Assembly (NCBI GenBank): GCA_963808625.1 | Contig: CAWEHK010000008.1 | Span: forward strand, 206,752 to 270,751 | Source of the DNA: an uncultured delta proteobacterium | GTDB taxonomy: Bacteria; Desulfobacterota; Syntrophobacteria; Syntrophobacterales; Syntrophobacteraceae | Length of the DNA: 64,000 nucleotides | Reading direction: 5' to 3' | In this document: positions 23,310 to 36,900 of the stretch, in pieces | Position numbering within the stretch: the stretch's first letter is position 1 | Layout: every line of letters starts with the position of its first letter | Notes under the pieces: model-generated | What the model was told of the DNA's origin: nothing | Seen by the model: only the letters and a program-made list of their open reading frames with translations | Databases searched by the model: none | Made by a program: the position numbers and the translations under genes

Positions 23310-23824
23310 AGCCTGCCTGACCGATCCGACCTCGGGGGCCTTTCGGCCGACGCCGCCAGCGTCAAGGACATGGCCCCATACATCCTCGAGAAATCGTATC
23401 ACGAGATGTTCATGCTGGGTGAAAACGCAGGCGATCTTGGGCTCCCCGCTCCCCCTGGACAGCTGTCTGCCAATCGGCATGTATCCATTGATCTAGGGGG
23501 CTGATCCCGGGGACTGCGAGCAAGCCAAGGCAGAACGCGCTCAAATCGGCTCGACCCCCTGCAGGTGCGGAGGGTACGCACTATTGCGGGTAACTCGACG
23601 AGTAAGAAGATTCAGCGTAAAGGTCAATCAGGACGGAGCGGCTAAACGCCAGCCTGAATAAGCCAAGCAGGGAGGAAGCGGTAACACATCTCGAGATGAT
23701 CGGCTCACTCCTGCAGTTTTTCAGGCAAATGGACGCGGCCATGACCAGCGACGAAGCCTTGACCATCATAAAGGACGATTTGAGAGGTGATTATGGCCTG
23801 GAGGAAATTGCCGGGAAGAAGTAA
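23310..23824 (+). pseudogene. Degraded copy of the 3' part of the PEP-synthase-like gene
   Basis: EKSYHEMFMLGENAGDL and HLEMIGSLLQFFRQMDAAMTSD...RGDYGLEEIAGKK* match the C-terminus of 19510..22179, with stops and deletions. Confidence 0.8.
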
Positions 23825-23828
23825 ACGA

Positions 23829-24230
23829 CTAGGTCTTTTCAGCAACGTCCAGGACACAGCATTTCCGCTCGTAGGCGTCTTCGATACACGAGACCAGATT
23901 GTCGATGGGGCAGGGCTTCAGCAAGACCTCGGCGCAGCCGTCCTTAAGGGCCTGAGACACCTGTTTGATATCGATATGACCCGATAAAAAGATCACCGGA
24001 GTCACAGCATCCCGCTCCCTCATCGCCTTGAAGGTTGCAATCCCATCCATCCCGGGCATTCGCACATCGAGAACGATAACATCGACCTCCTCTTTGGACA
24101 GCAGTTCCAGCGCGGCTGCCCCATTCGGAGCGCTCTGCACCACCATTCCCCTTCTCCGGAGGACTCTGGTCAGCGAGTCAACAAAGATCTGTTCATCATC
24201 AATCAGTAGCACACGTATGGGATCAGACAT
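23829..24230 (-). CDS. Single-domain response regulator
   Basis: LLIDDE, LDVRMPGMDG, LSGH, LKP. Confidence 0.9.
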   Translation of the reverse strand: MSDPIRVLLIDDEQIFVDSLTRVLRRRGMVVQSAPNGAAALELLSKEEVDVIVLDVRMPGMDGIATFKAMRERDAVTPVIFLSGHIDIKQVSQALKDGCAEVLLKPCPIDNLVSCIEDAYERKCCVLDVAEKT

Positions 24231-24241
24231 TTTCGTTCACC

Positions 24242-24649
24242 TTAAGGACCTTTCCCTTCCTGCATTAGCTTTCGCTCAAAGGCCTCGTCGATTTTTTCCT
24301 GCAGCTCGCTGATCTGGATCGGCTTCATGGCGTAATCAAAAGCGCCGATGTTCATCCCCTGAATTCCCGTTTCCACCGAGCCATGGCCGGTAAGGATGAT
24401 GACTTCCATCAGCGGCCGTTTCCTCTTCATCACTTTCAGAGCGGCAATACCGTCCATTCCCGGCATGCGCAGGTCGAGCATGGCGACGTCGTATTCCTCG
24501 TCTTCGATGGCCCTGACCGCGCTCTCGCCATCGTTTACGGCGCTGACATCATATCCCCTTCTGGAAAGGAGCTTGGACATGTTGGCGGTAAAGGCAACCT
24601 CATCATCAACCAGCAAAATCCTTGCTTTCCTCATCTCAATTTCCTCCAT
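24242..24649 (-). CDS. Single-domain response regulator
   Basis: [25 protein letters not shown]. Confidence 0.9.
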   Translation of the reverse strand: MEEIEMRKARILLVDDEVAFTANMSKLLSRRGYDVSAVNDGESAVRAIEDEEYDVAMLDLRMPGMDGIAALKVMKRKRPLMEVIILTGHGSVETGIQGMNIGAFDYAMKPIQISELQEKIDEAFERKLMQEGKGP

Positions 24650-26419
24650 GAATGCCGTCCGCGCTTCCGTGGCGATCCCCAGACGACCTGAAGGGGAGGA
24701 AAATCGTGAACTCGGTTCCCTTCCCGACCTCGCTCTGTACCGTAATGACCCCGCCCAGTTCTTTGATAATGTTGTACGAGATCGACAAGCCCCAACCCGG
24801 TTCCTTTGCCCACCGGTTTGGTGGTGAAGAAAGGATCGAATATTTTCTCGAGAACTTCACGGGGCATACCGGAACCGGTATCGGCAAACCTGATCTCACA
24901 CCCTGCCCGGCTTTGTCATTGGCGCGCGTGGCTCACGCGGATGGTTCCATAGGGCTTTCCGTCATGAGCATCGATGGCATTTGCAGCCAGGTTCACAAAG
25001 ACCTGCTGAAGCTGGGAAGCATCGGTCAGGACTTTGGGCAGATCCTTATCCAGATCGGTGACAAATTCGACCCCACTCGATTTGCCTCTCTTTTCCAGCA
25101 GATCAACGACTTCCTGCAGACAGCCATTGAGATCGACCATTTCCGTCACCGCCTGCGAACGCCGGGCAAAGCGCAAAAGATTGTGGGTAATGTGATTGCA
25201 GCGCTGAACCTGATTTTCAATTTGGGTTAAGGATTCAGACAATTCTGCTTTGAACTCGCCGTTGAGATCCGGATAATCCCCGCTGACATCCCGCACAATC
25301 TGGCTTTCCGTAAGAATAATGGCCAGCGGATTGTTGATTTCGTGCGCCACACCCGCGGCCAGCTCGCCCAGCGAGGCCAGTTTGCTGGCCTGCATGAGTT
25401 GCCGGTTAAGATGTTCCGCTTCTTCATCCCGCTTCCGGATCACCCCGATCATGTGCTTGGTCGTAATGAAAGAAACGACCAGAATGGCCAGCACGCTCAG
25501 GTGAATGAAGACCAACGCCAGGGTGTTGGCATGGTTGACGTCGCCAAAGGCTTCCGCATAATCCTGCTTGACGATGAGCACCCAGCGAGGTTCTTTGAGC
25601 CACGCGTAGCCCACTACCTGGGAGGGTTGCTTCTGATAGGTGCTGATCTCTCTCGGTTCCAGGACCCGAACCCCCCCTTCACCCGGCAAAGGATGCCACC
25701 GGCAGGGGCGATCGCTCCATGATCTTGCCGCCGAAGCGAGGGCTGGTTTGATAGACGCCCTCGCCGTTCACAATGAACACTTCACCGGTTTCACCGAGTT
25801 TGATGTTGCCAAGGAGTGAGTCCAGGAACTCGTTTTCCATGGTCGCTCGTAAAATCCATTTTCGGCCTCCTTCCGACCACAGGAAGCCGATGATAAAGTG
25901 AGGCGTCTTGCGATATCCGGTAAACATGTCACTGACGTAGAACCCTCCTTTCGCCATCAGTTCCTTAAACCAGAAGGTCACAGAGTAGTCCTTATCCATC
26001 AGATCATACGGCCCCACATAGGCCACATGCTTGCCCTGGTCATTGATGAGCCCGAGATCCATGAAGTAGGAATCTTCCCGATTCAGGTTATCGAGAACGC
26101 GCTGAAGGTTTGAACGGTCCCCAAGATAGTCCACGGAATGGGTCGAGGCCGTCAATTGGAGGTCGGAAGTGCGCTCTTTCAGAAACAGTTCGATCAGTTT
26201 TCGATTGTACTCTACCCGCCGGTAGAAGAAATCTTCCATTCGCGAAAAGGCAAAGTTGGAGTAGTTCGAGTAAATGACCCACCCCACCAGAAGCATGGGA
26301 AGCACGGAACAGATCAACGTGAGCAGGATGAAGCGGCGATAGAGACTGGAATAGGATTTCTTGTGCAACTCCCCGGTATGCTGGTGGGAATCGGCGGCAA
26401 TGTTCAGTTCACGGCTCAT
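24636..26419 (-). CDS. Membrane histidine kinase with Cache-like sensor (several frameshifts)
   Basis: ORFs 25679..26419, 24916..25689 and fragments 24631-24899 give TM-sensor-[25 protein letters not shown]; paralogous to 56632..58299. Confidence 0.82.
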
Positions 26420-27072
26420 CTAACCCCCACAACCCGTTCGGCCGCAACGAGGTAAGGGAACTTTGTCGCAGGGGCAAGTCCCAAACCCGTCACAACCATA
26501 TTATCATTAATCCCTGCAACCCTCATGCCCCGGAGGGTCGCAAAGAACCATGAAAGCCTCGGCCTGTCATTTCCCCGCGCTTTAGCGGGAATCGATTCCG
26601 CCCTTGGCGGAACGGGACGTCTGACATGGACGTGTGCGGGGGATGACTGCTTGGCAGCTGTCATATAAGCAGGTTAAATTCAGCATGAAATCATATCTGC
26701 AAAGCGCTATGTTTTAGCAAGCCATTTCCTGCTTGCACCCGAATCGGACGAACTGCTGCCTCCGCTTTCGAGCCGGCATTTACCAAAGTGCTTTGACCCT
26801 TCAAGTCCGTATTCCCATTTATGGCCTTTTTGTGGTTTAATGGTCAGGTGAAGAGCGATATTTTCTCTTTGCGAAAGTTGAAGCTACCAGCTCCACATAA
26901 ACATGACTCCGGATTCAGATAAGTCATACGGGCGAAAGCCGGTACTCCAGGCAGTCTTCTGGATTCCGGTTCCACACGCGGGAATGACGCGCCGAGAGTC
27001 CTGTGGTCGCTTGGCTGTCGCTGGGGTCATTGACGAAGCCGCCTGTCACAGAAAACACAGGATCGATGCAAT

Positions 27073-29676
27073 ATGCTTGACAGACTCAATCCCTTTCGAT
27101 GGTTCCGTTCCAGGAGCCAAAAGCCCTCAAAGGACCAGGCCTACGATGCTTTCCGCTTCAAATACGAACGCTTCAAGGAACTCCTGGACTCGAACTCGGA
27201 ATTGTCGAAAATTCTCGTGGATATGGAAGAGAGACTTCAAGGCCACCGGGTGTTCGGCATGAGTTATGTCCGGTCGCAATCGGCGCGGGCCGTTTTCCAT
27301 ACCATGCGCATGATCCAGAGCTTGAATGCCATCTCGCGCGACCGCTATCCGACGCTCCTGAAAGTGCTCGAAGACATCAACCTCCAGATCAAACGAGAAT
27401 TGGACAAACGCAAAGAGAGTCCGATCCAGGACTTGATTCTCCCCTACTCCGCAATCACCCGCGAGATGGTGGACTGGGTGGGCGGCAAAAGCGCCAACCT
27501 CGGCGAAGTGGCCAGCCGGGTCAAGTTGCCGATCCCGGAAGGGTTTGCCATCACTACCCACGCCTTCGATGTTTTCCTCAAGCAGAACGACCTCATCGAT
27601 GAGATCAACAAAGTAAAAATGGAGATCGACCCCAACATTCCGGAAACGATCACCCTGGCAAGCGAGGAAATCCAGCGGATCATTATCGGCGCATCCCTTC
27701 CCCAGGAGCTCGAAGGGGTGATGCTCGCCGCTTATGATCAGATGATCGAGCGCATTACCGAAACCGGCGCCACCGATTTTTCACCCCAGGTATCGTTGCG
27801 AAGCAGCGCCATTGGAGAAGACAGTGAGCTCTCCTTTGCCGGCCAGTACCTCTCCGTGCTCAACGTCCCCCGCGACCGGCTCACCAGGACTTACAAGTTT
27901 GTGGTGGCGAGCCTCTTTACGCCTCGCGCCATTTCCTATCGACTGAGCAAGGGCATCCCCCACGAAAGTGCGGCCATGAGCGTCGCCTGCCTCCAGATGA
28001 TCGACTCGGTTGCCAGCGGCGTTGCCTACTCGCACCATCCTTTCAATCTCCTCGAGGAAAACATCATCATCAACGCCGTGTGGGGACTCGGACCTTATGC
28101 TGTCGACGGCGTCATCACGCCGGATACCTACACTGTCGCTAAGGATCGAGCACCTGACGATTCTCGAGACGAAGATTTCCCACAAAGCTGTCCAACTGGT
28201 GAGCCGCCCTGAGGGCGGTTTGGTGGAAATCCCGGTGCCCGAAGGTGACCAGGAGCGGCCGTGCCTCTCTGAGGAGCAGATCAAGGGCCTCGCCGATTAC
28301 TCGCTGAGACTCGAGAGGCACTACGGGCATCCCCAGGACACCGAATGGGCGCTCGACAAGCATGGCCGGATCATCATCCTCCAGACCCGGCCCCTGATTC
28401 TCCAGTCCCAGAACGAAGGCGGCGCGGGTCGAACCACGCCGGTGCTGCCCGGCTACCCTTTGCTTTTTGAAGGCGGCGCCGTCGCGTCGCCCGGAGTCGG
28501 GTTCGGACCGGCTTTTGTCGTCAATACCGACGACGATCTCATGGCATTTCCTGACGGTGCGGTGCTCGTCTCGAAGCACTCCTCCCCCAAGTTTGTGGTG
28601 GCCATGCCAAAAGCCCAGGCCATTCTTACCGATTCCGGCAGCGTCAGCGGCCACATGGCCTCACTCACCCGCGAATTTTCCGTCCCCACCATCGTCGGGA
28701 CGAAAGATTTGACCTCAAACCTTGCCAATGGTCTCGGAGATCACGGTGGATGCCTATTCCGGGAGAGTGTACGCGGGCAAGGTGCCCGAGTTGCTGAAGC
28801 TGCAGGTAGCGAGGCAAACCGGGATCAGCAGAGACACCCCGGTCTACCAGACCCTCAAGCATATCGGCGAACTCTCCATCCCCCTTCGGCTCCTTGATCC
28901 GAAGTCGCCCGATTTTACGCCGGAAAACTGCCGATCCCTTCACGACATCATGCGGCTGGTCCACGAATTCTCCTACCGTCACATGTTTCAACTGAGCGAC
29001 CAGGTTTCGGACGTGAGCGGCTGCAGTGTGAATCTGGTTGCCCCCATTCCCCTCGATCTCTGCATCATCGACCTGGGAGGAGGTCTCGCGGACACTCGAG
29101 AAGGGGTCAGAAAGGTCCCGGTGGACCAGGTCGTGTCCGTTCCTTTCAAGGCCCTCCTCAAAGGCATGCTGCATGAAGGCGTTCGTCATACGCAGCCGCG
29201 ACCGGTCGAGACTCAAAGGCTTCTTTTCCGTGATGAGCGAACAGATGCTCTCACCCGGCTATGGTTCGGAACGGTTCGGGGACCGGAGCTACGCCATCGT
29301 CTCCGACAAGTACCTCAACTTCAGCTCCCGCGTCGGCTACCACTACGCCATTCTCGACGCCTACTGCGGCCAGACTATTAACAACAATTACATCACCTTC
29401 TCGTTCAAGGGAGGAGCTGCCGACGATGTCCGCAGGAACCGGCGCGTCCGCTCCATCGGCCGCATTCTCGAGGAACTCGGCTTTGTCGTGGACGTCACCG
29501 GCGATCGGGTCAGTGCGCGCTTTCAGCGCTACGAATGCCCGGAAATTCAAGAGCGACTGGACACCATGGGCCGCCTGCTGCAATTCACCCGCCAGATGGA
29601 TATGCTCATGCGCAGCGAAGCAGCTGTGGAGACGATTGCCAAGGCTTTTCTGGAGGGAAATTATAGCTTGGAGTGA
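27073..29676 (+). CDS. Second PEP-synthase-like dikinase (about three frameshifts)
   Basis: Four overlapping ORFs carry GGKSANL, RSSAIGED, QDTEWA, SGHMASLTRE and SRVGYHY...RQMDM, collinear with 19510..22179. Confidence 0.82.
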
Positions 29677-29745
29677 TGAGTGATGAGTGATGGGTGGCGA
29701 GTGAGGAGTGATGAGTGATGAGTGGAGGGGAGAGTGAGGAGAGAG
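29672..29745 (+). repeat. Heptamer array (GTGATGA/GTGAGGA)n
   Basis: Begins in the stop codon of the second dikinase gene. Confidence 0.8.
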
Positions 29746-29992
29746 GAGCAAGGGGTCGGGAGGGGGAATGGATGCTGCGGGTGCTCTGATATTGCTTTCT
29801 TCCCCGAGTCAGGACTCCCCGTGACCCGAAGAATCAGAGAAAATGTTGAGAACCAACGATCGTCATTCCCGCAGGCTCCAGTCGGGAATCCAGAGAGATG
29901 GTCTGGATACACGCTTTCACCAGTTTGAAAGAGTGAGATTATATGGACCGCTAACCACCGTTTTCATAAGTGCCAAGCAAAGGAGACCCATT

Positions 29993-30619
29993 ATGAAACG
30001 ACTTCTGGTTGTGCTGCTTTTGCTTTTCTGGGCAACGACGCCGGCCTGGGCAGACTATGAATCGGCAATGGCCGCCTACAAACAGGCCGACTATGCAACC
30101 GCCCTCAAGGAATTAAAGCCGCTGGCGGAGCAGGGCGACGCCAAGGCTCAAAACACCCTCGGCTGGATGTATCGGGAGGGACAGGGAGTAACCAAGGATT
30201 ACAACGAAGCCATAAAGTGGTTTGAAAAAGCGGCTGCCCAAGGCTTTGCCAAGGCCTTGAACAACCTCGGCATCATGTATGAAAAAGGGATTGGCGTCAA
30301 ACCTGACGGGGCAGAAGCCATGAAGTGGTATCAAAAGGCCGCCGATCAGGGGGATGCCTGGGGCCAAAACAATCTTGGCATGCTGTACCTGGGGGACAAG
30401 GGCATTCCTCAGAACCAACTCGAGGCCGTAAAATGGTTCCGCAGGGCGGCGGATCAGGGCCTCGCCAAATCACAGTTCCAGCTCGGATTGATGTACGAGC
30501 AGGGGCTTGGGGTGCAGCAGGACAAGGAAGAGGCCGCAAAATGGTATCAGAAAGCGGCAGATCAAGGCTTCGAAGAGGCAAAGGCAAAGCTCGACGCTGG
30601 AAAAACCAAGGCCCAATAA
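29993..30619 (+). CDS. Secreted Sel1-like repeat protein
   Basis: AGGAG RBS, signal peptide, four AQNxLGxMYxxGxGV/AxKWYxKAAxQG repeats. Confidence 0.9.
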   Translation: MKRLLVVLLLLFWATTPAWADYESAMAAYKQADYATALKELKPLAEQGDAKAQNTLGWMYREGQGVTKDYNEAIKWFEKAAAQGFAKALNNLGIMYEKGIGVKPDGAEAMKWYQKAADQGDAWGQNNLGMLYLGDKGIPQNQLEAVKWFRRAADQGLAKSQFQLGLMYEQGLGVQQDKEEAAKWYQKAADQGFEEAKAKLDAGKTKAQ

Positions 30620-30962
30620 GCTTCAACATCGTCCCGCGGCTCTATGAGGATCGCCTTATCGGGCTGCCGTTCACCCACTTGTGAACACGCTTTCTGGGGA
30701 AGTTCTCTTGATGAGTGCCGGGCCCAGATGACAACATAGAGGGCATGTTCATGGTGATCCACACCTTACTCGTTTACTCGTGAGAATAGTGTGGCGACGG
30801 GGCGAACATTGCCTGTTGACATCACCCTTTTTTAACTGCTATTTTCAATCGAAATAGAAATCCTCGATCAAGAAGCTAAGTCCTGATTGATAGCGCCTAC
30901 CTGAAGATAATGAAAAAGAGTCTCGAATAGGGAAAAACGTTCTTTCATAGAAAGGGGTTCCC

Positions 30963-33900
30963 ATGAAGCGGTCCAAGGCCCTAAATCTCAGCGTCTCCCG
31001 TCTCGTTGTCCGTTCCGTTTTCATCATTGGCGTGCTTCTTTGCGCTTGTCTGGTGTGGTCGGCGCCGTGGGCGGCGACCGATGTGGATACGGGATCGGTC
31101 GAAGGCAGGCTCTTTGATGGGGTCGTGACGGGCGGGGGCAGCCTGACTCCCGTGTTGCAGGCCGCAGCGGCAACCGGCGAGGAGGAATCAGGCGACAGAG
31201 GATATTTAAGCGAACAGGCCGACACTTCATGGCTCATGGCTGGAGCGACTGACCTGGAAGGCGGCGCTATTCTGATCGGCCAGCGGATCGCCGGTGCCAT
31301 CGATGACAGCGGAGATGCAGACGTCTTCCATTTCCAGGGTGTGGCCGGCGAGTCGGTGAAGATTGAAGTCAATTCCTTATCCGGTGGTCTGGACCCGGCG
31401 GTGACCTTGTTCTGGGAAACAGGATCTGCTAAAGCCGCGGCCTCCCTTGGTGCGGACAAGTTGGAGGTACCGCCCGCTCAGGCCGAGGAAATCCCCGGTG
31501 TCTACAGCATTTCCTTTGCCAAACTCGCTGCGCAAGCCAAAGTTTTCGTGGAAATCACGAGTCCCAGCGATGGGGCTACGGTCCCCATCGCTGCAAACCC
31601 CGCCAATATCCAGGTGTCAGGCAAGGCCGGGGTGACGGGTTCCGGCACCCCGACCAACCTGGAGGTGGCCATTGTTCTGGATGTCTCCGGCAGCGTCGAT
31701 GGCACGGAGTTCAACCTGGAATTGGCAGGGGCGCGGGCAATCCTCGATGCTCTGGATCCCGACAAGGATGGGATGCTCTCGTCACCCGTGGCCATCATCC
31801 AGTTCAGCGACGGCGCAGTGATCACCGCCGCGCTGAGCCGCAGCCGCTCCCAGGTTGAGGCCGGCTTCACCCGCCAGTACAGCGGCGGCACCAACTTCGA
31901 CCCGGCGTTTACCAAAGCGCTCGAAGCACTGGCACCCTCCAGCACTACGGACGGCGTGGCAGAGGTGGTCCTTTTTTTCACTGATGGATACGGCAGTTAT
32001 ACCCCGCCAGGCCAAAGCGGTCCCCTGGATCAGTTCAAACCCAACGGTATCGTTGTCAACACCTTTGGCATCGGCTCTTCCGTGGACGCGAACAGTCTTA
32101 CCACGATCGCCCAGGCCACAGACGGTACGTACACCGCCATTCCGGACTTTGCCGACATCTCCAAGGTCGTATCCTCCCTTCCTGGACTGGTAGGCCTCAG
32201 TTCGGTCAAGATCGACACCAACAACGACGGCATTGGGGACATTGACGCTGCGGTTGGCATCGACGGGAGCTGGACCGCCACCGTACCCATCCATCTGGGA
32301 CCCAATAAACTCACAGCCATCGCCACTGCCACTGACGCCGGACTGACGCCCGCAACAGCCTCGATTACCGTCTACGGTCAGCTGAGCCGGCAGGGAGAGA
32401 TCATCCACGACGACAATTCCGGGGGTGGGGGCAATGCTCTGATCAAAGTCTTCAAACTGCCTTATACCGGGAAGTACCGGATCGTGGTTGCCGCTTCCGG
32501 CAGTGCCTCCAGCGGCGATTACGAGCTAGTCCTGAGCCCCGTGGATAAGGACAGCAATGCAGGGGTCTATAGCCATTCCACCGGCCTGGTGCTCTTCAGC
32601 ACCAGCAGAGACAACCATGCGATCTTCACGACGGGCCAACCCGACACTGCGTTTCTGGGATTCAGCCCCGATGGGGAGTCAGCAGCCTATTCGCATTCGA
32701 CCGGACTGGTCGTCGCCAGCACCAGGACGGACAACCATGCGATCTTCACGACGGGCCAACCCGACGCTACGTTTCTCGGATTCAGCCCCGATGGCGCCTC
32801 AGTGGCCTATTCGCATTCGACCGGACTGGTCGTCGCCAGCACCAGGATGGACAACCATGCGATCTTCACGACGGGCCAACCCAACGCCACATTTCTCGGA
32901 TTCAGCCCCGATGGCGCCTCGGCGGCCTATTCGCACTCGACCGGTCTGGTCGTCGCCAGCACCAGGACGGACAACCATGCGATCTTCACGACGGGCCAAC
33001 CCAACGCCACATTTCTGGGATTCAGCCCCGATGGCGCCTCGGCGGCCTATTCGCACTCGACCGGTCTGGTCGTCGCCAGCACCAGGACAGACAACCATGC
33101 GATTTTCACGACGGGCCAACCCAACGCTGCATTTCTCGGATTCAGCCCCGATAGCGCCTCGGCGGCCTATTCGCACTCAACCGGACTGGTAGTCGCCAGC
33201 ACCAAGACGGACAACCACGCGATTTTCACGACGGGCCAACCCAACGCCACATTTCTGGGATTCAGCCCCGATGGCGCCTCGGCGGTCTATTCGCACTCGA
33301 CCGGACTGGCGGTCGCCAGCACCAGGACGGATAACCATGCGATCTTCACGACGGGCCAACCCAACGCTGCATTTCTCGGATTCAGCCCCGATAGCGCCTC
33401 GGTGGTCTATTCGCACTCTACCGGACTGGTAGTCGCCAGCACCAGGACGGACAACCATGCGATCTTTACGACGGGCCAACCCAACGCCGCATTTATCGGA
33501 TTCAGCCCTGAGGGCGCCTCGGCGGTTTATTCGCATTCGACCGGTCTGGTAGTCGCCAGCACGAAGACAGACAACCATGCCATCTTCACAACGGGCCAAC
33601 CCAACGCCACGTTTCTCGGATTCAGTCCCGATGGCGCCTCGGCGGTTTATTCGCATTCGACCGGTCTGGCAGTCGCCAGCACCAAGACGGACAACCATGC
33701 CATCTTCACAACGGGCCAACCCAATGCCACATTTTTGGGATTCAGCCCCGATGGTGCCTCGGCGGCCTATTCGCATTCTACCGGTCTGGCAGTCGCCAGC
33801 ACCAGGACGGACAACCATGCCATCTTCACGACGGGCCAACCCAATGCCATTTTTCTGGGATTCAGCCCCGAGGGTGCCTCGGCGGCCTATTCGCACTCTA

Positions 33901-36900
33901 CCGGTCTGGCAGTCGCCAGCACCAAGACGGACAACCATGCGATCTTCACTACGGGCCAACCCAACGCCGCCTTTCTGGGGTTCAGCCCCGACGGTACTGC
34001 AGCAGCATATTCGCATTCGACGGGTCTCGTGGTCCTCAGCACGCAAGTGGACAACCATGCGATCCTCACGACGGGCCAACCCAGTGCCACTTTCCTGGGG
34101 TTCAGTCTGGATGCGGATTCAGGGGTGTATTCACACGCCACCGGCCTGGTGCTCTTCAGCACGCAACTGGACGACCATGCGATCCTCACTACGGGCCAAC
34201 CCAATGCCGCTTTTCTGGGGTTCAGCTTCGACCGGACTCATGGAACAAGCCCCAACGGACCGGACGACAACTGCCTCAAGGCTGCGCTTATCACCAATCT
34301 CCCGTTCACCCAGTCCTCGGATACTGCTGCTGCCACGGCTTCTCAGGATGATCCAACCCAATCCTGCGCCTGGACGGATGATCATTTCAGCAGTGTCTGG
34401 TACAAGTACACTTCCAGCAAGAATGGCATCCTCAGGGCTGACACCGACGGCAGCGGCTACGATACCATCCTCACCGTCTACAGCGGCGCCTGCGGCGGGC
34501 TGACGGAGGTCGCCTGTGACGACGACGGCGGGATCGGGCTGCAGTCAAAGATTCAATTCCCGGTTACGGCAGGCACCACCTACTATTTCCTGACCACGGG
34601 CTTCGATGAGGGTGGTGGCACCCTGGTCTTCAACCTCAACTGGGCGCCCTCGGTAACGGTGTTGACCCCCAACGGCGGTGAAGTCTGGTCGGTAGGTTCT
34701 GTCAAGACCATCAGCTGGGATACCATCGGCAAGGTGGACAGGGTAAGCCTCGAATACTCCACCAACAGCGGCTATACTTGGAAGGTCATCGCCACGGACA
34801 TCGAGAACACCGGCTCCCAGCCCTGGACCATCCCCAACAATCCCTCGACTGCCTGTGTGGTGCGGGTCTATGAGGCCTACAGCGGGGATCCCATGGATTT
34901 CGGGGACGGCCTTTTCACCATTACTCTGGCCCCTGATTCACCCACCAACCTGCAGTTGACAGTCATCTCACCGACCCAGATCGACTTGGCCTGGCAGGAC
35001 AATTCCGCCAATGAGACCGGCTTCCGCATCGAGCGCAAGAGCGGGCCCACCGGTACCTGGACCTATGTGAACTCTCTGGGGCCGAACAAGACCGCCTATC
35101 AGAGCAAGGGGTTGAAACCGGGGACCACCTATTATTACCGGTTGCGATCCTACAATACTGACGGGAAATCGGGTTACTCCAACGAAGCGTTTGCCACCAC
35201 ACTCACGGTCGGGCCTACAGCCCCGACCAACCTCACTGCCGCGGCAGCCTCATCCACTGCAGTAAATCTGGCCTGGCAGGACAACTCCAGTAACGAAACC
35301 GGCTTCAGGATCGAGCGCAAGACTGTCCCGCCCAACAAGTGGGAGGAGATCGCTACGGTGGGAGCGGGTGTGACCGCTTATAAGAACACCGGGCTAATTA
35401 CCAACACTCGTTACTACTACCGTGTCAGAGCTTACAACGCTTCCGGCAACTCCAGCTATTCCAACTCGGCCGATGCTACCCCACCCTCCGTGCCCGTACC
35501 GCCTTCAAATCTGAAGGCAATCGCGGTGTCCAAGACCGGGATCAATTTGCATTGGGTCGACAAGTCCGGCAAAGAAGATGGGTTCAAGATCGAGCGGAAG
35601 ACGGGCCAAGGTGGCGCCTATGCCCGGATAGCCACGGTACCGGCCAACACTACTGACTACCAGGATACGGGCTTGACCCCTGGCACCACCTACTATTACC
35701 GCCTGCGGGCCTATAACGTGGGTGGCAACTCGGGTCCGTCCAACGAAGCATCGGCTACAACCCAGGGGGCCCCTGTGGCGCCGACGAAATTGACCGCCGC
35801 GGTGGCCTCGGGCACGTCGGTAAACCTGGCCTGGCAGGACAACTCCGATGATGAGAATGGGTTCAAAATCGAACGAAAGCCATCGGGGGGCGCCTATGCC
35901 GAGATTGCCACAGTAGGGGCCAACGTGGCTGCCTACACGGACACCGGCCTGACGAGCAATATCAAATATTTCTATCGGGTGCGGGCGTTCAATGCCTATG
36001 GGAACTCGGCATATTCCAATGCCGCCGATGCGACGCCGCCGTCCGTGCCTGTGGCGCCGGCAAACCTGACCGCGACGGTGGTATCCGACACCCAGGTCGA
36101 TCTAAGCTGGACCGACAAATCGAGCAAGGAAGACGGGTTCAAGATCGAGCGGAAGACGGGCGCTGGCGGGACCTTTGTCCAGATCGCCACCGTGGCAGCC
36201 AATACCACCACGTACCAGGACACCGGGCTGGGCAAGGGCATTGCCTATTTCTACCGGGTGCGTGCCTACAACGTAGCGGGCAACTCGGGGTATTCCAATG
36301 TGGCTTCAGCGACTCCCGGCGGCGAAGCGGGGGAACTCTACGCTGTCGACAAGATCGTGGGCAACATGCGTTTTACTCCAGCCACAGGCCCAGGCGGCTT
36401 CAAGCAGGGTTCGGAGGCAACCGAATTCTGTAAGCGATCTGACGAGAAACCTTTCCAACATGAACTGACAGCAAACCTGGCCGTCATGGAAACCGAAGTG
36501 ACCCGGCAGATGTGGGAAGACCTGCAAGCCGTCCGGTCATCGCTGCCCAATGATCCAAGCTACCTTGCCGTCAGCACCGGCATGAGCGACCCCGTGCAGA
36601 GCAGCACCTGGAATGAAGCGTTTCTCTTCGCCAACCTGCTGTCGATCGAAAATGGCTTTACCCGGGCCTATTACGCGAATAGTGGTTTTACCGTCCCGAT
36701 AACCGCTTCCAACTACACCACCACCAGCGCGATTTATTGTGATTTTTCGGCCAACGGCTATCGCCTGCCGACCGAGGGGGAGTGGGAGTATTTCACACGG
36801 GCCGGCACCAAGACTGCGTTTTCCATCGATGAGCCGAACTACGACGGCTCCACTTGCGCTTCCTGCACCGTTGATGACCTGCCCTCCCTGCAAACGGTGG

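Noticed and set aside
32562..34241. CRISPR or non-coding array
   Set aside because: Contiguous in-frame 120-bp units with no unique spacers.
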